DNA of 64,000 nucleotides from an uncultured delta proteobacterium (GTDB lineage Bacteria; Desulfobacterota; Desulfuromonadia; Desulfuromonadales; JACZKF01): NCBI GenBank assembly GCA_963848425.1, contig CAWKDO010000005.1, positions 82,403 to 146,402 of the forward strand, read 5' to 3'. Shown piece by piece: positions 59,980 to 64,000 of this stretch (position 1 is its first letter; each line of letters starts with the position of its first letter). The notes under the pieces were generated by a model. It saw only the letters and a program-made list of their open reading frames with translations, ran no database searches and was not told where the DNA came from. The position numbers and the translations under genes were made by a program.

Positions 59980-60523
59980 TTACAGCTCCACCGGGGTGAT
60001 GGAGCGCACGGTGATATCGACCTTCATCTCCCCCTCCAGCTGCTGCATGACTCCCTGATCTCCTCCTCGCTGATCTCCTCCGGCAAGACCGCTTCGAGCA
60101 TCATCACATAGACCGGCCGCTCCTCGCTGCCGACCAGCTTGGTGTTGAGATCGGTAGATGTTGACCTTGCGCTCGGCGAGCTCTTTGGCGACGCGGTAGA
60201 CGATCCCCGGCTTGTCGGAGCCGTAGACCGAGATCATGCAGATCTCGCCGCCGATGCCGCGGCAGCGGAAGACTTCCGGATCGATCTTGCGCACAAAGGC
60301 GGAGAGCTTGGCCTGCTCCAGCGGGGCAAAGGCGGCGGCGATCTCCTCCTTGCGAGTCGATCGGTCGGGTGGGAGACGATCATGGATCATGGCGTACTGG
60401 CCGCCGAGCAGGGTGCAGCTCGAATCGGCGATGTTGCAGCCGAGGCTGTAAGAGGATTTCGGTGACTTCGGCGACGATGCCGGGGCGGTCGCGGCCGATG
60501 ATGGTCAGGGCGTAATGGTGCAT
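59980..60523 (-). CDS. Double ACT-domain protein (GcvR-like), frameshifted
   Basis: TIIGRDRPGIVA and SVYGSDKPGIV. Confidence 0.8.
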
Positions 60524-60617
60524 GGCGGCTCCTGCAGAAAAGGGAAGCGTCCTGGCGCCGAGGCGTGTATCCTTCTAACATGAACGGGCGGGAAATTCCA
60601 GCTTCGGTTAGGGCGGT

Positions 60618-60938
60618 ATGGATATCGACGACAAAGACCTGGTGATCACTTTCTACAAGTCCTCGGGACCGGGCGGGCAGAAGAAAAACAAGACCGAATC
60701 GGCGGTGCGCATCAAGCATCTGCCGACCGGCATCATCGTCACCGCCACCGAATCGCGCTCGCAGTTCGACAACAAGGAGCGGGCGCTGGAACGGCTGCGC
60801 GAGAAGCTGGCGGCGCGCAACCGCCGGCAGAAACGGCGCATCCCCACCAAAGCGGGCCTCGGTGCCGTCGAACGCCGCCTGACGGGCAAGAGCCGCCGCA
60901 GCGATATCAAGCAGGCGCGCCGGCCGGTGGATGACTGA
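60618..60938 (+). CDS. Peptide chain release factor-like protein (ArfB-like peptidyl-tRNA hydrolase)
   Basis: SSGPGGQ..NK.ESAVR..HLPTG..RSQ..N; basic tail. Confidence 0.88.
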   Translation: MDIDDKDLVITFYKSSGPGGQKKNKTESAVRIKHLPTGIIVTATESRSQFDNKERALERLREKLAARNRRQKRRIPTKAGLGAVERRLTGKSRRSDIKQARRPVDD

Positions 60939-60987
60939 TACTTTTCCCTTTCCGGTTACTCTAGTTTTCTTTATTATAACAGCACGC

Positions 60988-61027
60988 AAAAACGCCGCGA
61001 ACCCTGGAAAGGCTTCACGGCGTTTTT
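60988..61027. terminator. Bidirectional intrinsic terminator
   Basis: AAAAACGCCG..CGGCGTTTTT. Confidence 0.7.
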
Positions 61028-61042
61028 GTATCTGATGAACTT

Positions 61043-61069
61043 CAGATTGTCCGTGTCAGGGGCTGACCC
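61043..61069 (-). repeat. GGGTCA..TGACA..GGACAA end motif, inverted partner of 63307-63333 and 63432-63458
   Basis: Minus GGGTCAGCCCCTGACACGGACAATC vs plus GGGTAAGCCCTTGACACGGGACAATC. Confidence 0.65.
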
Positions 61070-61101
61070 TTACCCTTACGGTTTTTCTCTGAGCGCCCTA
61101 T

Positions 61102-61443
61102 CTAGCGGCAGAAAGCTTGTTTGCCATCTCGCATCAAATTATAATTACCATCAAGCACAAAGCCATTGCGTCCATCTGGCAAACGAATTTTGTAAATGAG
61201 GTAATGTTTCACGTCCACGCATTCTGTAACTGGCACACTTTGGCCAGAGGACAATTCTGTCATCGCCTTAGGGTTGGGCCATGTCATGGCTTGTTCTTGA
61301 GTTGCATATACATGCACAGCATCTCCTGCAACCAACATCAAACCATTAGTTGAAAAAATAAGATGAACCGCAAGGGCTGCCCCAAAAGCAAGTAAGACTA
61401 ATGTCGTGACAATGATCATTGTTTTTTTCTTCACCGTGCCCAT
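61102..61443 (-). CDS. Membrane-anchored hypothetical protein, immunity-like position (SH3-like beta domain possible)
   Basis: N-terminal TM helix; overlaps upstream stop by 13 nt; ..YKIRLPDGRNGFV. Confidence 0.65.
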   Translation of the reverse strand: MGTVKKKTMIIVTTLVLLAFGAALAVHLIFSTNGLMLVAGDAVHVYATQEQAMTWPNPKAMTELSSGQSVPVTECVDVKHYLIYKIRLPDGRNGFVLDGNYNLMRDGKQAFCR

Positions 61444-62039
61444 GGTGCATCATCCCAAAAGCCCCGCGATGGACCTTCATAAAATTTTGAACCCTCGTAA
61501 TTAGGCGAGTTAAGCGAGTCGTTACCGATATTAACCGGAAAAAAAGAATCTGAAAAAGCTATCCCTGTCGCCGCTTCTAAACAGTCTTTGTGTGGATCTC
61601 CGCAGTTATTTGTAAATTTACCGTAATTCTTTTTTCGCTTTTCGTAACACTCAACCAGTTTCTTTTCTTGATCTGATGTAAGGTTAAGAATAGTACCAAC
61701 CCCAGAACGAAACCCCTTCTGCCGCTCAGCATAACTTAAAGCACTTTGATTAGTGTCCCATCCTCCTGGAGCCCAAGAGTAATTTGCTCCATTTACGTTT
61801 GAGGACACATGACCGAATGAAGATGTAGTCCAAGTTACTGGCTGCCAGACTATGATTTCTGTATAAAGTCCAAGGGGATCTTTAAAATTAACCGGATTAT
61901 TTTGAACATAGGAATAAACATTTGGCCCACCTTCCAAGCCAATCGGATCCGGCTCAATGAAACGAGCGAAGGCATTCCCACAATAGCAGACAAACACGAG
62001 CAAGAGCGGCAAAAGAGTTCTAATCTTGAACGCAGACAT
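61431..62039 (-). CDS. Signal peptide + RHS-associated core motif + permuted papain-like (DUF4105-like) tip
   Basis: ..GNAFA|RFIEPDPIGLEGGPNVYSYVQNNPVNFKDPLGL then FGHVS..NNC; GGAGG RBS. Confidence 0.8.
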   Translation of the reverse strand: MSAFKIRTLLPLLLVFVCYCGNAFARFIEPDPIGLEGGPNVYSYVQNNPVNFKDPLGLYTEIIVWQPVTWTTSSFGHVSSNVNGANYSWAPGGWDTNQSALSYAERQKGFRSGVGTILNLTSDQEKKLVECYEKRKKNYGKFTNNCGDPHKDCLEAATGIAFSDSFFPVNIGNDSLNSPNYEGSKFYEGPSRGFWDDAPWAR

Positions 62040-62050
62040 ACTTACCCTCC

Positions 62051-63190
62051 TTACTGATTTGATTTCGCACGGCTGACGGTTTCAAGATAACGAATCATTT
62101 GGGCTTTGTCCGGTTGACGCCAACCAAGTGCCTCTGCTTTTGAAAACCAAAGTTCATTCTGCTCAGATAAGTGCTGAAAGAATGGCCTTTCATTTACGGG
62201 TATATCTCTTGGCGTCGGGTACTTGGCCGCGAAATGTTTATCGATGAGGCGTGCATAGGCACTACCCTTTCCGAGGATAAGTGCCACATTCTTGGGGTAA
62301 AAGGGGAGTACGGCATCCGCAATTGCTAACATTTTTTCAGGCGCTTGTTTTTCTGAAAAATTCTCAGCCAGAACGGTCGCCATGACGGCGGCTGTTTCTT
62401 TTTTCGTAAGCTTTTGCAAGTAAATCCCGTTGGCGATGGCCTCATCGGTCATCGGCATTTGCTGCCGATACCATGCATCCCTGGTCGGGTTTGCCCCGCT
62501 TGTCGCTTCGAGGTTGTACGTGATGCCCGTTTCGGGCTCGGTGTATTTCACGAGAATATGCTCTGGCGCTGTAGAGGCCGTTACATCAATGCCGAGGCGC
62601 TGGCCAAGTACGATGAACAGAAAAGGCATGCTGATGCAATTACCTTTCTTCGAGGCTAAGTAATTGGGTAGAAGCTTGTTTTTGATCTTGGTGCCTGGGG
62701 GATCATCGAAATCGTAGTGATATACCTCGTACCCGTTCCATGGGCCTTTTTCGTACAAGTATTTTTTGAGAGCGAGCAGGTTGTCATTACTTGAGGGTCT
62801 TTGACCTGCCATGGCGCGTATCTGTGCCACGATGTCGTCAATCTGTTTCAGGTTGGTATCGATGTTAATGGTGGGATCGATCATTTTATCGATAGTCAGT
62901 TTTATTCTTGCAAGGTCCAATTGGCTTTCCGGTTGCTGGAGGATAGCCCTCATGCGCTTGGCTTCAGACAAGGCTGGAATCTTTTGCTCAAATGGCGAAC
63001 CATTCGATTGCGCCTGCGCAACCGACAGGCAACCTACAATTAGTAACTGGAAGCTAACCAGAATTGTGGCTCGAAAAATGGTTATACGGCAGATTTTCCG
63101 GGGCAAATTAGAAAAACGCCGCCGCAACCAGCATCCTTGATGCTGATCGCAACGGCGTCGCCAAACTAACTTGAGCGTCCTGCCCTTCAT
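62051..63190 (-). CDS. Exported transglutaminase-like (SirB1/Transglut_core2-type) protein
   Basis: L..KKGNCISMP.L...LGQRLG, APEHILVKY, NLEAT; hydrophobic leader ending AQA; start uncertain. Confidence 0.8.
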   Translation of the reverse strand: MKGRTLKLVWRRRCDQHQGCWLRRRFSNLPRKICRITIFRATILVSFQLLIVGCLSVAQAQSNGSPFEQKIPALSEAKRMRAILQQPESQLDLARIKLTIDKMIDPTINIDTNLKQIDDIVAQIRAMAGQRPSSNDNLLALKKYLYEKGPWNGYEVYHYDFDDPPGTKIKNKLLPNYLASKKGNCISMPFLFIVLGQRLGIDVTASTAPEHILVKYTEPETGITYNLEATSGANPTRDAWYRQQMPMTDEAIANGIYLQKLTKKETAAVMATVLAENFSEKQAPEKMLAIADAVLPFYPKNVALILGKGSAYARLIDKHFAAKYPTPRDIPVNERPFFQHLSEQNELWFSKAEALGWRQPDKAQMIRYLETVSRAKSNQ

Positions 63191-63306
63191 CGTCCCCCCC
63201 AAAAACTCCTCTTAGGCGTCGGATGTACATCGTTTTACCTTGAGCCAAGCTTCATTGTCAAACTTTTAATCTGGAGAGCAAAATTTAATTTTTACATAGG
63301 AAGAAT

Positions 63307-63489
63307 GGGGTCAAGACTTTGACAGCGGGACAAACGGGCGGCAGTTGAACCGTTCGCCAACCCGGCTGTCCTGTTGAAAACTCCAATCACGCAACGGGGG
63401 AAACGATGCTACCGAAACGGAAGGTCTGTTAGGGTAAGCCCTTGACACGGGACAATCGGGAAATCGCTGAAAGGGACAGGCAACTTTTT
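63307..63489 (+). repeat. Cluster of GGGGTCA/GGGACA end motifs
   Basis: GGGGTCAAGACTTTGACAGCGGGACAA (63307), GGGTAAGCCCTTGACACGGGACAA (63432), GGGACAGGCAACTTTTT (63473). Confidence 0.55.
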
Positions 63490-63597
63490 AAACTGCAAAG
63501 CAGCCACCCCGTGGCAATGTGGCTTCTTTAGAAATTTACTGTTTGCTGGTTTGGGGAAGCAAGAGGTTTGGCTGGGTCATACGGGAGAATATCCCCC

Positions 63598-63966
63598 TCA
63601 GGATTTTTTGAACTTGTCGCCGAGCCCGGCGAAGGGGGAGTGGGCGAGGGTGGGTCGGCCTTGGCGATCGACAGGACCGTCCTGACTGCGCTGCTCCTGT
63701 ATGCCGCGGGTATGCTCGTGGTCGTGGCAGTAAAGGCAGAGCAGTTCCCAGTTGCTGCCGTCGGGCGGATTGTAATCGTGGTTGTGATCCCTGTGGTGCA
63801 CCGTCAACTCGCGCAGTTTTTTGCCCTCGAATTCGCGGCTGCACCGGCCGCAGACATGGGGGAAGAGCTTCAGGGCCTGTTCACGGTATCCGGCCTGCCG
63901 CTTCTCCTCTTCCTGGCGCATCTGTGCGACAATACGGTCTTGTCGTTCGGCATCGGACTCGGCCAT
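63598..63966 (-). CDS. yajD: YajD family HNH nuclease
   Basis: YREQALKLFPHVCGRC.REF...LRELTVHH.DHNH..NPPDGSNWELLCLYCHDHEH. Confidence 0.92.
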   Translation of the reverse strand: MAESDAERQDRIVAQMRQEEEKRQAGYREQALKLFPHVCGRCSREFEGKKLRELTVHHRDHNHDYNPPDGSNWELLCLYCHDHEHTRGIQEQRSQDGPVDRQGRPTLAHSPFAGLGDKFKKS

Positions 63967-64000
63967 GGTGACTCCTTGGGTCTTTTGATAGGGGATAATC

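Overview
GC-rich bacterial DNA whose gene content points to Desulfuromonadales/Geobacterales (Desulfobacterota). Many genes carry single-base frameshifts that look like long-read consensus errors, so several CDS boundaries are reconstructed and approximate. Left to right: (1) an ~18 kb uncharacterised envelope/redox cluster (3 carboxypeptidase-regulatory-like proteins, 3 beta-helix proteins, 2 FG-GAP/CRTAC1 proteins, 2 Tat-exported DUF362 proteins, 2 membrane polyferredoxins, a DOMON/EbdC-like lipoprotein, a HEAT lipoprotein, an orphan binding protein) with divergent sigma54-type promoters; (2) lhgO and the mercury-methylation pair hgcAB directly behind aroG, with an in-frame TGC-TGA plus SECIS-like hairpin suggesting a selenocysteine HgcA; (3) a candidate sRNA and yggT-divIVA-DUF167; (4) two different Hyf/Ehr membrane complexes in tandem, both lacking NiFe ligands, separated by an Xis-HTH/PTS-EIIA regulator; (5) a mosaic hot spot with duplicated scars, TreT, integron attC cassettes without integrase (aqpZ and others), a group IIC intron stub, an IS3, inverted GGGAC ends and a MazF-type TA pair; (6) housekeeping genes (cbpA, MarR-hemG, def, ACT protein, RF-like protein); (7) an AT-rich island with a transglutaminase-like protein, a signal peptide fused directly to an RHS core motif plus a papain-like tip, and an immunity-like gene. 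No rRNA, tRNA or CRISPR array was seen. All family assignments come from motif recognition by eye, not database searches.
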